Assembly (NCBI GenBank): GCA_947457395.1
Contig: CANGVA010000001.1
Location: forward strand, 195,687 to 259,686
DNA length: 64,000 nt
Direction: 5' to 3'
DNA from: Bacteroidota bacterium
GTDB lineage: Bacteria; Bacteroidota; Bacteroidia; UKL13-3
Position numbers and translations under genes: made by a program. Below are positions 7,622-19,500 of this stretch, piece after piece (position 1 is the stretch's first letter; every line of letters starts with the position of its first letter). The notes beneath the pieces are model-generated. The model did not search any database and was not told the origin of the DNA. It saw only the letters and a program-made list of their open reading frames with translations.

Positions 7622-9745
7622 TTACTTCACCTCAGCCTGCAGGTTCCAGAGTACAAAACCCCAGAAATCAGCTGCATCTTCAACCAGTTTGGCAGTAGGC
7701 TTGCCTGCACCGTGGCCTGCCTTGCTATCAATTCTGATAAGCACCGGATTGCCATCTTTGGCTTGTTTGGCTTGCAGTTCTGCCGCAAGTTTAAAACTAT
7801 GGGCTGGCACCACACGGTCATCATGATCGGCTGTCATAATCATGGTGGCCGGATAATTTACACCTGCTTTAACATTGTGCAGAGGTGAGTATTTAATCAG
7901 GTAATCAAACTGCTCTTTCTTTTCACTGCTGCCATACTCAACAGCCCAGCCCCAGCCTATGGTAAATTTATGGTAACGCAACATATCCAACACACCCACT
8001 GCAGGGATGGCTACTTTAAACAGTTCCGGACGTTGGGTCATACAGGCACCTACCAGCAAGCCACCGTTGCTGCCACCGTTTATGGCTAATTTAGCTGATG
8101 AGGTATATTTTTCCTGTATCAAATATTCTGCAGCTGCAATAAAATCATCAAATACATGTTGTTTGTTATCCAACATGCCTGCTTTGTGCCAATCTTCGCC
8201 ATACTCACCTCCGCCTCTTAAATTGGCAATAGCATAAACACCACCTTGTTCCAGAAACATGATGCGTGAGATGCTGAAGGATGGGGTTAGGCTAATGTTA
8301 AAACCTCCATAGCCATACAATAAGGTTGGGTTATTACCATTGAGTGTAATACCTTTTTTATACATGATGAACATAGGAATTTTAGTGCCATCTTTTGACG
8401 GATAAAAAACCTGTTTTGTCTCAAATTGGCTGGCATCAAATGCCAATTCTGTTTTTCTGAATAATTCAGATTTGCCTGTAGCCATGTCATAGTGATAAAT
8501 TTCACCCGGGTTGGTAAATGAGGTAAACGTGTAAAATGCTTCTGTATCCTCAGATTCACCGGAAATACCGCTGGCTGTGCCAATTCCTGGCAGGGTAATT
8601 TCGGTTTTATTTTCACCACTCAATGCAAAGCGATACAAGCGTGTGCTGGCATCTTTTAAATAGGTAGCAAACAATTGGCCCCCGCAGGTAGAAGCACCTT
8701 CCAGTAAGTCTTCATTTTGCGGAATAATATCTTTCCAGTTTTGCGCTTCAGGCTTCAATGGATCAACCTCAACCAAGCGGTAGCGCGGTGCATCCTTATC
8801 CGTGAGCGCTAGTATTTTGTCGCCCACATTATCAACTACAGAATAGTTGTTCTCAAACCCTTTAAACAACGTTCTAAATGATTTTTCATTTTTAGATAAA
8901 TCCTGAATGAGTATTTCAGAACCCGAAGTTCCTTCACTTACACTGATGATCAAGTATCGCTCATCTTCTGTTATACCTGCATTAAAATAGCGCAAAGGGT
9001 GTGCTTTATCTTCAAATATAAGTTTATCTGCAGATTGTGGCTTGCCCATTTCATGGTAATAAATTTTCATATACTCATTGGCATTGCTAAATTCTTTGCC
9101 TTTGCCGGGCTCATCATACCTGCTGTAATAAAATCCGTTTTTATACCAGGTTGCTCCACTGAATTTAACCCACTGTATCAAATCTGATGTTTTTTCTTTA
9201 GTAGCGGCATTCAATACAAATATTTCGTTCCAGTCGCTGCCACTTTTGGCTATACCTACGGCACAATATTGGTGGTCTTTACTAAAAGTGAGGCTTGCCA
9301 AAGAAACAGTTCCGTCTTCGCTCAAGGTATTGGGATCAAGAAACACTTCCGGTTCTCCATTTAATCCTTGTTGGCGATAAAGCACACTTTGATTTTGCAA
9401 ACCATTGTTTTTAAAGAAATAGTAATAATTACCTTCTTTAAACGGGGCAGAGTATTTAGGATAGTCCCAAATTTGGGTAAGTCTTTTTTTCAGTTGATCA
9501 CGATAGGGTATTTGTGATAGGTAATGCTGTGTTACTTCGTTTTGGGCTTTTACCCAGGCTTCCACATCTGCAGTTGTATCATTTTCCAGCCAACGGTAGG
9601 GATCGGCAATTGTTGTTCCAAAATAATTATCACTTACATTCTCTTTTTTGGTTTCCGGGTATGGCTTCATGGCAATAGTGGCTTGTTCTTTTTTTCCGCA
9701 GGCAATGACCAAAGTCATCAGGGTAATAAAACTTATATTTTTCAT
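7622..9745 (-). CDS. Prolyl oligopeptidase (S9A family serine peptidase), lipoprotein
   Basis: Catalytic Ser context GGSNGGLL. The C-terminal GHGAGKP region is typical of prolyl endopeptidases. Length is about 707 aa. N-terminal lipobox-like ...LVIACGKK. Confidence 0.9.
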   Translation of the reverse strand: MKNISFITLMTLVIACGKKEQATIAMKPYPETKKENVSDNYFGTTIADPYRWLENDTTADVEAWVKAQNEVTQHYLSQIPYRDQLKKRLTQIWDYPKYSAPFKEGNYYYFFKNNGLQNQSVLYRQQGLNGEPEVFLDPNTLSEDGTVSLASLTFSKDHQYCAVGIAKSGSDWNEIFVLNAATKEKTSDLIQWVKFSGATWYKNGFYYSRYDEPGKGKEFSNANEYMKIYYHEMGKPQSADKLIFEDKAHPLRYFNAGITEDERYLIISVSEGTSGSEILIQDLSKNEKSFRTLFKGFENNYSVVDNVGDKILALTDKDAPRYRLVEVDPLKPEAQNWKDIIPQNEDLLEGASTCGGQLFATYLKDASTRLYRFALSGENKTEITLPGIGTASGISGESEDTEAFYTFTSFTNPGEIYHYDMATGKSELFRKTELAFDASQFETKQVFYPSKDGTKIPMFIMYKKGITLNGNNPTLLYGYGGFNISLTPSFSISRIMFLEQGGVYAIANLRGGGEYGEDWHKAGMLDNKQHVFDDFIAAAEYLIQEKYTSSAKLAINGGSNGGLLVGACMTQRPELFKVAIPAVGVLDMLRYHKFTIGWGWAVEYGSSEKKEQFDYLIKYSPLHNVKAGVNYPATMIMTADHDDRVVPAHSFKLAAELQAKQAKDGNPVLIRIDSKAGHGAGKPTAKLVEDAADFWGFVLWNLQAEVK

Positions 9746-9812
9746 TGTATGAATTAATTTCTTATTTCAAATGTATCTGATACTATTAATATCGCATCAC
9801 CGCTTATCAAAA

Positions 9813-10427
9813 TTATGTTAATTTCAGAAGATGAGCGGTATCATTTGCTCGGATGAGCTTACTGTTTTCTGTATGTGCATGCACCTCATACAAACAAAGG
9901 TTGCTATGCTGAAACTGCTCCATTTTGGTTAACGGCTCGTTGAGCAGCAAGCACAACAAACTTTTCATGGCACGGCCATGCATGCAAATCAGAATCTCGG
10001 AGGCGGGCTGATTTAATATGATATCCAAAGCTTGCTTCTGTCTTTCCTGTATTTCAATCGGGCTTTCTCCATTAGGTATTTTGGCGTGCAGATCACCGTT
10101 ATTCCATTTATTTATTATTTCCCAGTATATGGCTTTTTGTTCCGGTGTTTGTTGTTTGCCTTCAAAGTCGCCCCAGCTAATTTCATTTAATTGGGGTAGT
10201 ATGGTATGCGGAGTGCTGTTTTCAATAAAACCTGCAACACTCTGCTGGCTCCGAGTTAGTGCAGATGTAAATACATGCTCAAAAGGATATTCTTTATAAA
10301 ACGCATGGAATGCCCGTGCCTGTTTTAAGCCAATTTCGTTTAAAGGTGTATCTACTCCACTGCCCTGTACAATGTTTAACCGGTTAAATTCAGTTTCACC
10401 ATGCCTGATGATAAATAGCTTTTTCAT
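9813..10427 (-). CDS. Histidine phosphatase superfamily protein (phosphoglycerate mutase family)
   Basis: N-terminal RHGETEFN motif (the catalytic His in the RHG signature). Length 204 aa. Confidence 0.8.
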   Translation of the reverse strand: MKKLFIIRHGETEFNRLNIVQGSGVDTPLNEIGLKQARAFHAFYKEYPFEHVFTSALTRSQQSVAGFIENSTPHTILPQLNEISWGDFEGKQQTPEQKAIYWEIINKWNNGDLHAKIPNGESPIEIQERQKQALDIILNQPASEILICMHGRAMKSLLCLLLNEPLTKMEQFQHSNLCLYEVHAHTENSKLIRANDTAHLLKLT

Positions 10428-10623
10428 GTGCAGCGTTTAAACGTTTATTTCAGCGCTTACCAAACTTAGTTTGTACCATAACCCATTTCATTTTGGTATT
10501 TGCCTCTGCGAATATAAACAAAGCCTTACTTCAGGTGTTGTGTTAGATAAATAAATAAAGATAGAACATACACTTATCTGTGAGGTACCATGTTTTTATT
10601 ATTTTGCACACAAATTACAGGAT

Positions 10624-11085
10624 ATGATAATTTTTAAAAAAGAGGGCGTAACCCTGGAGGCCATTACCAAACGTAATGAGCATACCATGGCCCAGTGGAT
10701 TGGTATTGAGTTTACTGAGTTGGGTGATGATTACCTGAAGGCGCGCATGCCCGTTGATCACAGAACGGTTCAGCCGCTTCATGTGGTGAACGGTGGTGCT
10801 TATTGTGCCCTGGCAGAAACCGTGGGCAGCATGGCAGCTAATTTGTGTATTGACAGGGATAAATATGTTGCGCTAGGACTGGATATAAATGCCAACCATG
10901 TGCGCTCAGCTTCAAAAGGCTTTGTTCATGGTACAGCTAAGCCTTTGCATCTTGGCAGAACCACACAGGTGTGGGAAATACGCATTACGGATGATGAAGA
11001 TAAATTATGTTGCATAAGCCGACTTACCATGTCGGTTATAGAAATAAAAAATGATAACAGAGGATTTAATCCGCCAAAGGTTTAA
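10624..11085 (+). CDS. Hotdog-fold PaaI/YdiI-type thioesterase, a possible 1,4-dihydroxy-2-naphthoyl-CoA hydrolase
   Basis: 4HBT-like core HVVNGGAYCALAETVGS. It overlaps the downstream isochorismate synthase gene by 35 nt. Confidence 0.7.
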   Translation: MIIFKKEGVTLEAITKRNEHTMAQWIGIEFTELGDDYLKARMPVDHRTVQPLHVVNGGAYCALAETVGSMAANLCIDRDKYVALGLDINANHVRSASKGFVHGTAKPLHLGRTTQVWEIRITDDEDKLCCISRLTMSVIEIKNDNRGFNPPKV

Positions 11086-12130
11086 GCAAGGAGAGCATTA
11101 TAATTTTGCTGCTTGCCGCTTGCCCAATTCAGAAAAAGTATATTTTTTTTATGCTGATAGGGTAGCAAAGCTTGCACGACTTACCTATGAAACCGAAGGT
11201 CTGTGTGATTTTGTATTCTCTCCTTATGCTGCCGGCTGTCAGGCTTACATAATGCAGGCGGGAGCCGTTTTTGTTAATGATGAATTATTGCACGGAGATA
11301 TAAGTGATTTGCAACCTGTAATTAAATCAATTGCTGAGCCTGTTAATTTTGAAGCGGATTCCGAATTTTATACCACCTATGTTAACGCTATTGTATCATA
11401 CATAGAAAATGACGGAGCGGATAAAATTGTAGCAGCCAGAGCTGTAAACCAAAAGTTATCGGATTCATTCAATCATGCTCATTTTTTTATTACCTTGTTG
11501 CAGCAGTATCCACATGCAATGGTATACTATGTAAACCATGCCGAATGGGGATGTTGGTTTGGAGCAACTCCGGAGTTGTTAATGCATGCAGCAGGAAATG
11601 AAATCGCAACCATGTCGCTGGCAGGCACCATGCCTGCAGATTCGAAGGCAGCCTGGGGTGAAAAAGAGTTGCAGGAGCAGGCCATGGTAACAGATTTTCT
11701 GGAACAAATTTTTGAGCAGTATAAATTGCCGGTAGTTTTTTCAGAAAATTCCGAGATTACTTCAGGCGCCATTAAGCATTTGTGCACCCAATTAACGGTG
11801 AAAACAGGGTCTGATAAGTTGGTAAAACTATTTCATAAGATATTGGCAGATATCAATCCAACGCCTGCTGTTTGTGGTTTTCCCCAATTTGATGCCTCTG
11901 TTTTTATAGGGAAGCATGAAAAATTGGAGCGCAGGTTTTACAGTGGATTTTTAGGAATTAAACAAGCAAACAGCATGGATTTATACGTTAATCTGCGTTG
12001 CATGGAAGTTGGGACAAAGAGCGCAATATTATATGCCGGGGCAGGAATAACGAATTATTCCTCCCCGACAAAAGAATGGAATGAAACCAATAATAAATTA
12101 AAGGTTCTGGGTAGCTTGATTAATGTTTGA
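11051..12130 (+). CDS. menF: Isochorismate synthase (menaquinone-specific, MenF-like chorismate-binding enzyme)
   Basis: Chorismate-binding signature WFGATPELL...LAGT...GFLG. Length 359 aa, typical of Bacteroidota MenF. Confidence 0.75.
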   Translation: MITEDLIRQRFKQGEHYNFAACRLPNSEKVYFFYADRVAKLARLTYETEGLCDFVFSPYAAGCQAYIMQAGAVFVNDELLHGDISDLQPVIKSIAEPVNFEADSEFYTTYVNAIVSYIENDGADKIVAARAVNQKLSDSFNHAHFFITLLQQYPHAMVYYVNHAEWGCWFGATPELLMHAAGNEIATMSLAGTMPADSKAAWGEKELQEQAMVTDFLEQIFEQYKLPVVFSENSEITSGAIKHLCTQLTVKTGSDKLVKLFHKILADINPTPAVCGFPQFDASVFIGKHEKLERRFYSGFLGIKQANSMDLYVNLRCMEVGTKSAILYAGAGITNYSSPTKEWNETNNKLKVLGSLINV

Positions 12131-13337
12131 TGAGTATACGCTTGCTGTAAAGTGTTTCCTCGCCTGATAAGTTAAGCAGATACAAGCCATCATTTAAATG
12201 GGCAATATCAATCGTTTGATTGGCTGATGACCAACTGCCACTTTCGATGGTTTTACCATTGATATCGGTTAACGTATAGCGTAGGTTTTCAGTATGGCCC
12301 GGTATACGAATATTCAACACGTTTGATGCAGGATTAGGATAAACCAATACATCCATATTTGTTTTTGAAATTTGTTTCACGGATGAAACGATGGCTCCTG
12401 TATATACACCATAAAAGAAATCAGCTACATATTTAACTGTTGTATCCATATAGGAAGCATTAAATGAAAACGGCACGTGATCCTGACCTTTGAAAGTACG
12501 CAGGCGAGAGTTGATGCCATTTAACTTAGCAGCAGAATCAATGCTGAAACTTCCTTGCAGAAAACTTACCCTGTTACCCATGTAAAAAAAATCAGCACTG
12601 CCGTAGGGTACGGTCTGATCCTGATCGCCATGAACATGGCATAGAGGTACTGTTTTTTTATCATACATCCAGGTTACACTCTTAAGCGCACCGGATAAAT
12701 TAGCGATAGCAGCAACATCAGAAGAATAGCCCGGGTTGCCTGTATTGCCTTCAAATCCTCCAAGGAATGCAGTATCTATTCCTAGCCCTGCAAGTTCAGC
12801 TGGTTTATCTAAAAAGGTCATCTGTAATCCAAGCACACCACCTGCAGATACACCGGCAAAATAGATCATATTGGGGTTAATCTTATAAGCGTTACCTGTT
12901 GCGGCATGTTTGCGTAAAAAGCGAACAGCAGCTCTGCCATCTTGCTGGCCTCTCCAAACAGCTTGCGTAAATTCAATTTCAAATCCCAGACCTGAAAACG
13001 GATTAATTCCCTGACGATATTGGATAGACGCAGTTACATAGCCTCTTTTTGCGAATTGGCGGCACAGATGCACTACGTCAGGCAACCTGCGGTCGCCATT
13101 AATAAAAGATCCACCATGTGCAATAACAATGACAGGGCGTGAGGTTGCAGTATCTCCTTGAGGCTGGTAAATATCCATTACCAAGTCTTGAGCAATATTT
13201 AGCACATTTTTATTGTTTCCGTAAGTTACGTTGCTATCTACCTTTACGTTGGCAAAGATGCTATCGAGGAATCTGGTTTGTGCATACGAGAGCGTGTACA
13301 TGAAAGTTGTTGCACAGATGAGTAGTAGTTTTTTCAT
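12120..13337 (-). CDS. Secreted alpha/beta-hydrolase (esterase/lipase-like) with a T9SS type-A CTD
   Basis: Oxyanion-hole HGGSF motif (VIVIAHGGSFINGD). Nucleophile elbow GVSAGG. Signal peptide present. C-terminal 75 aa VLVYPNPASNVLNI...LYLLNL are type-A CTD-like. Confidence 0.7.
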   Translation of the reverse strand: MKKLLLICATTFMYTLSYAQTRFLDSIFANVKVDSNVTYGNNKNVLNIAQDLVMDIYQPQGDTATSRPVIVIAHGGSFINGDRRLPDVVHLCRQFAKRGYVTASIQYRQGINPFSGLGFEIEFTQAVWRGQQDGRAAVRFLRKHAATGNAYKINPNMIYFAGVSAGGVLGLQMTFLDKPAELAGLGIDTAFLGGFEGNTGNPGYSSDVAAIANLSGALKSVTWMYDKKTVPLCHVHGDQDQTVPYGSADFFYMGNRVSFLQGSFSIDSAAKLNGINSRLRTFKGQDHVPFSFNASYMDTTVKYVADFFYGVYTGAIVSSVKQISKTNMDVLVYPNPASNVLNIRIPGHTENLRYTLTDINGKTIESGSWSSANQTIDIAHLNDGLYLLNLSGEETLYSKRILIKH

Positions 13338-13508
13338 ATGATTATAAGATTAAGTTTAAGCGAATATATAAATATGTTTCAATATCAAATGTTTAATATA
13401 AAAATGAATCTAACATGATATCGTTAATTACGGGCGTGATGCTCAGTTGATGCAGTTACGCCAACTAATTTAATGTTATCTGAGAAAAGCAATTTAACCG
13501 ATGCGTGT

Positions 13509-16500
13509 TTATTGGATGGTATATCTTAATGATATACCGCCACTTTGGATAATGGTAGGGAAAGAGTTGGAAGTTGCAGGATCGGTTCTGCGGTAACTAT
13601 AAAAAATACGCATCATCAATTTCTCATTAAAATTATAATCAATTTGCGGTTTTAAATCATAAATAACTTGTCCTTGCACAGGGTCATTGGACTCACGATC
13701 GAGGTAACGTATTTTGGTGATATTGTTTCTGATGGAAAAGTCGATGCGGAAGTTTACTTCATTTTCAAGCACAAGCCTTCTTCCATTTCCTCCAAGCAAT
13801 GGTATGGCAAGGTTACTTGCTCTGTAACCAGCGCCAACAACCCATTCACTGCCTGTTTGCTCATTTAGCTGCCCGTTGGTTAACGTAAAGTTCAGGGTTC
13901 TGTCTTTTTTGTATTCTACTTTTGCTTGGATATTATTTACGAACGTAATGTCAATACCAAGGAATGGCCCCCATCTCTCGGTAATGGATATTTGCCTTAT
14001 CTGGTACTTAGATGCATAATCGCCTGTGAAATTTGGAGCAGCATTGGTATCTCCTGGCAAGATTGTTTGAAACGCCCCTACATTATAGCTGGATGTATAT
14101 TGATTGGAGATTGTGATATTACTGGCATATTCTTTTATCATCTCAATCTTTGTTAGGCCATTATAAGTAATGCGCCAATTCAAATCAGGTATTTTAGGGA
14201 ATGGCGTTAATCCAATGGCTGCTGCATCCTCACCGCCATATGCTGCCAGGAAAGCAGGAATTAAAACTTCCTGTGAGGCTCTGCTGTATCCGCGTGGGAA
14301 TCCGGTACTGTCTGCACCGCCACCGGGCTGTTCAGGATTTTGGCCCAAGCGGTTTGCAATAATGATGCGGTTCTCCTGAAAGCGTTTAAAGGCCTCCTCA
14401 GGATTAGTAAATGCAGTTCCCAGGGCATTGTAACTGATTGAGTAGTTTCCTGTTTGGGTTGGCACATTCACATCAACAAATTGTTTCTGAATGCTATCAT
14501 AACGGAATAATACACTTGTTTGCAGTGAGCGCTGACTTTGCATATTCAGTTCAATTCTAAAATCGGTTATAGGCTCAAGCGTAGCTCTACCTGTTATATT
14601 TTCTCTGAAGTCTTCCGTGTAAAAGTTGGTAATACGCGGGTCATTGCTCAGCCATCCGTTTTCCGCGGCTCTGTATCGATAGTTAGGGTCCTGCATGGCT
14701 AGTATAAAGTCAAATCCCGGGCCATCATTATCAAAATTCTGACCCAGATACTGAGGTCTTGTTTTAAAGCCGGGCAGCACAACTCCACGATTTGTTGTAT
14801 GGGCAAATGTGAGGTTCTTTAAACTTGTGATGAGTTTTATTGGAATGCTCACCAGTGGGCTATAATTTTTTGGGCTGTTATCTTCTTTTTTCTTTTTTGT
14901 TTTACTATCTTTTTTGTTTGGTTTTTTTTTCTCTTCTTCCTCTTCAGCCGGTTTGCGTGCAGTTTTCTTTGCAGGGTTATTAATATCGCGCAGGAACTTC
15001 CATTTATTGTATAATAGTGACATGTTTAAATTAAAATTCCATGCTTCTGTTTTTGCGTTTGAAATGGTGTTACCTAAACTATCTGCTGCAGGTGGTGCTT
15101 GTTTCCACTGATAGTTTACGGTATAACTATAGGCGGATTGTGAAATAAAATTAAGTTGCTGGATTTTATTTAAAGGTATGTTGTAATTGAACCTGATGGC
15201 CTGATCAAATTGCATCAGCCTTCCGCCATTCCAGAAGTTATTCCACATGGAATCGCGCTTAGACGGTGTATTTTCATCTATTTGTCCCAACGGTTCATCA
15301 ACCCTTGCAAGCGCAGTTGCATTATAATCAACCCTGATACTTTTAGATAAGCTGTAACTAAATTCATAATAGCGTGTCATGGTAAACATCTTATCATACA
15401 AAGGTTGTATAATGGTGTTTGGATTATCATTGTTTCTGTTAATGGTAACCCCGTATCTTCTGTCTGTTTCAACTCTTGCACCCCATGCCTGTGGCAGGAA
15501 AAACAGATTAAAGTCTTTAAGAAGTGTAAGCTGTTTAGATTTAATAAGTTTACTAAAGGGTTCCCATGGTTTTGGACTAAAACTGTATTGATATGCAGAG
15601 ATGGATCTGTAATTCTGAAGAATATAGTATTCCATTGTCTGATTTCTTCTGAATGTTTCGCTAAATGAGTAGGTGAAATTAAAGTTTTCAATGTCCCATA
15701 AATGTGGCTTGGAAGCACCAATTCGGTTTTTGCGCACATTGGTAAAATTAAGGCTTCTTCTGGCTGTAAAATCATCTGCCGCTCTTGCAATTCTGTTTCT
15801 CCGGTCTTCATCTGTTGTTTCATCAATTTCTTTTTGCAGCCTTGTATCCGGATTAAGTGGATTATAAAATGGTCTCACAAGAGTATTGCCGTATGATAAG
15901 AAGACAGGTATAGACAATCCAAGATTTTTTGGCAGGAATTTACCCAACTCAAAACTTCCCTGTACATCATACTGATAGGTGTCATCGAACGTGCGTTCAT
16001 TTATTTTTTTGTCTATCCCACCAAAGCCAACGGTGGTCATATTACCTGCAAGCTGCACATTACCAAAATCTGCCAGTTTTATCTGGGCTCTAGCTGTTGC
16101 TGCCCAACCACCATTGTTATTAAATTCGGTTGCACGCATTTCATTAAACCAAACTTCTGCACATTTCGGTAAGCCATCATCATTACTTCCGGGGAATGCC
16201 CGCGGATTTCGAACGCCCAGCATCATTACTCTTAAATTACTTAAATCAGGCAATCCCACCACCCTGATTTTTCTATTATTCCCAAGGTTACGTGTATATA
16301 CAGCAGTAAACGGATGGTTGGCGTTGGTTCTTTGTATTTTTGTATTTATCAGTTCTTCTAACTCAAGTACCATTTCATTCTCAGAAGGCCAGATATTAGA
16401 TGCACTGGCATCTCCCAGCATAGATGCTTTCAGTGGTATTTCATATTCATAATAATTGTTGGTAAGATCTGTTCCCAAGCGCACAAATGCCGTGAGGTCA

Positions 16501-19500
16501 CCATCATTCAGTGAAGTACCTTCTGCATGAATAAACATTCTAAGTTTTCCATATCTTCTCAAATCAACATTAGTCACATTTTTAAATACCCCTCTGGCAT
16601 CTGCATCTTTAAGATTACAAACCTGAACCGATAATGACTGTTCGTTTTGCTGAATGGCTTGCGGAGCACTGAAATCCAGTTCCCGTTGTATGCCCGGAGG
16701 TGTAATGTATGGTATGGGCACACGAAAACGATTTTCTTCAATATTTACGGTAGACACCACAAATTTGGTTTCATCATCCGGATCGCTGGGTTTATTTTCT
16801 TTTCCTTCTTCAAGGTTTCCAAGATACTTTCTCCAATCGGCACGTACCAATTGGAATGCACCAAAACGCAACATCATTTCTTCTTCAAAACCGCGCATAA
16901 ATACGCGCATAAAACGAATGGATTTAAAATCAAGAATTTGGCCTACTTGTTTTTCATATTCTCTTATTGGAACTTTTAATTGATACCATGTAACCTGCTC
17001 ACTGGTTCCATTTTCAAGCCTTACGGTTGTAACCACACTATCGGTTACATAATTCTGCCCAACAACCAATCTTTCTTTGCTAATGTCAATGCGATACTGG
17101 TAATATTCTTCAATGTCGTTTAATGTATAGTCTCTGTTTATATCTTCCATATCAGGTACGTTGGTAGCAACGGGTGGAGGAGATGCGGTTGATACAGGTG
17201 AGTTGCCCTGTGTATTGGAGAAGTAACGAAAACGTTCGAGAATGGAAGGTGAACTCACACCAAGATAAAACTGAAAATTATCTTTTGACGGATCCAGATT
17301 GGCTTGTTGATAAGCAACGGAGGAGGTGCCATATAAATTGGCTACTTGTTGTAAATAGTTATTACTGAAATGTAACCGTTCTGCATCATCATTTAGTCCG
17401 TCTAATCCTACATCCTGTATTTCTCTTGATGCAGGGTCGGCATCAAAGGCATAGTTAATTACAGGTTGTCTGGTAACGCGGCCCCAAACCGTAGTATCAA
17501 CTATCAAACTCAGGTCATTTGCTCGTGGCAAACCATTTTCTGCAGCTTTGCGGTTATCACGCAGTACATCTTCAGAAATATTACCAAGGTTTATGTAAAG
17601 TTGTCCGCGATCATTTTGATTAGGATTAGACAGATACGGATCCAGCATCCATATTTCGATATAATCAATATTGGCAGCTTCAAAGTCATTCTGGTCAATC
17701 TTGCGCATCAGTCCGCCCCAGTTGTTTCGCGGATCTTTTAATGTACCATCTGCATTAAGGCCCGAAATAGTATAGTTAAAAGCTCCTCTTTCCTTGGGAT
17801 AAAAAGCAAGATCAAGCGTGGCAATATTTTGTGGCATACCTTGTTGTATCTGCCTGCTTGGATAAACTTCATTAACAAAAATTTGTCTTACCCTATGGTT
17901 TGAAAGCTCTTCGTCTGTAATTTCTGCTGGCCTAAAAGGATTTCCTTCCTGATAAAAATTTGTAGGAATAGAATACCATGATAATTGAGCACGCCTATAA
18001 CCGTAGGCTAAATCATTTAATAAGTTTCCTTCAGGGAATAAATCCGGTTGTCCTTGTGGTGTGCTTGCTAAAACCCAGTTGTTGGTTCCGCGCAAATCAA
18101 TCTGTGTTTCACTTCCTTCAAAATCGTCCAGATAGGCCGTACCTCCCTGTGCCAGTGCACCCTGTACGCCTGGAAATAAATGTGCATACTCAGCTGATAA
18201 GGTTAAGTCTGATTTCTCCTTTGTTTCAATAAATGGTAGCGCATCTACCAGTTTTGTGATAAGTCTGGATTCTGTTTTATATGAGCCATCTAAACCTATC
18301 ATTACATTGGAGATGGGTTCTTCATTTAAATTTACTTTTGGTGTGAGGGGTCTTTCATTTAACCATAATACTGTTCCCCCCATTAAAAAGTCTCGGTTCA
18401 CTTTATAATCAAATCTTGAACCCATTAAAGTTTTTTGCTGTATGCTAAACAATGAGTTACTTTCTGAAGATACTTTGATAATGGCACCTGAATTTAGTAG
18501 ACCCGTATTGATGATGCGCACGCGACCTATATTATAATCTACCGTAAAGTCAACGTTTTCCGTTAGCGGAGCGCCATTGGCAGTAACCCTAACAGATCCG
18601 CGCGGAACATTTGTTGAGTTTAGGGATATTTCATTTGTTGACTGCCCCTGATAGCTTCCGCGCAGGAAAAATTTATTGTATTGCGGCAATTGAATAGCAG
18701 CAAAGCGCGTGGAGTCATACAACTCAAAGAAGCAATAATAGCGTGCACGAGACGGATCGTTTACAAACTTTCGTTGCAAATATGTGCCGAAAGGTTCAAC
18801 CATAGGAAAAATGATTCGTCCTTGTTGGGTATTGATTGTAACACCTTCAATAAAATCAAATAAACCATCCGGAGCCCTTTCTTGCTGTGTGTTTAAATTA
18901 TCAAGATTAAATACGCTTACTAGAGGCACACCGCTTAACGAAGGTTCGTTTTGAGCAGGTATATAATTTAGATCTGCACCTGATGGGTCATCGGCATAAA
19001 TAATATTGAGGCGAAAATCTTTTTGTTGCACACCAAATGTTCCAAGGGAGTATATGTTTTTCATCATCAAATCCCAGATGGGCAAATCCGGTCTGAGCGA
19101 TGGGCCTTTGAGCATTTTGGTATATAACACATTTGGTTGCTGTGCATTAACAGGAACATCGGTTGTAAACTCTCCAACCTTATATACTTTGCCATTAAGA
19201 GTGTATTCAAAGGCCACGCACAGCACATCGTCATTATTCAATGTTTGATTAAGTGAGATATATCCCAATCTGGGGTTTACTGTGTATTCATTGGCACTAA
19301 GCAGGCGTGCATAACTAATCATCTGGTATTGTGAGATAGGCTGCAACTTGGTTTGGTTCTGGTCACGTAGTAATTGGTTTTGTACTTCAAAAGCTGAGCG
19401 CAGCGCATCTTTATTGGTTGCTATGGAGCGGCCTAGCAGGTAATCATACAACGAATTGGTTACATTATTCGGAAACGTATCAAATGGATTAGGATTTACC

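Noticed and set aside
13338-13508. GGCGT...ACGCC inverted repeat (about 13430..13465) as a terminator after sprA
   Set aside because: Only 5 bp of convincing stem with a long irregular loop and no U-run on the minus strand. Too weak.
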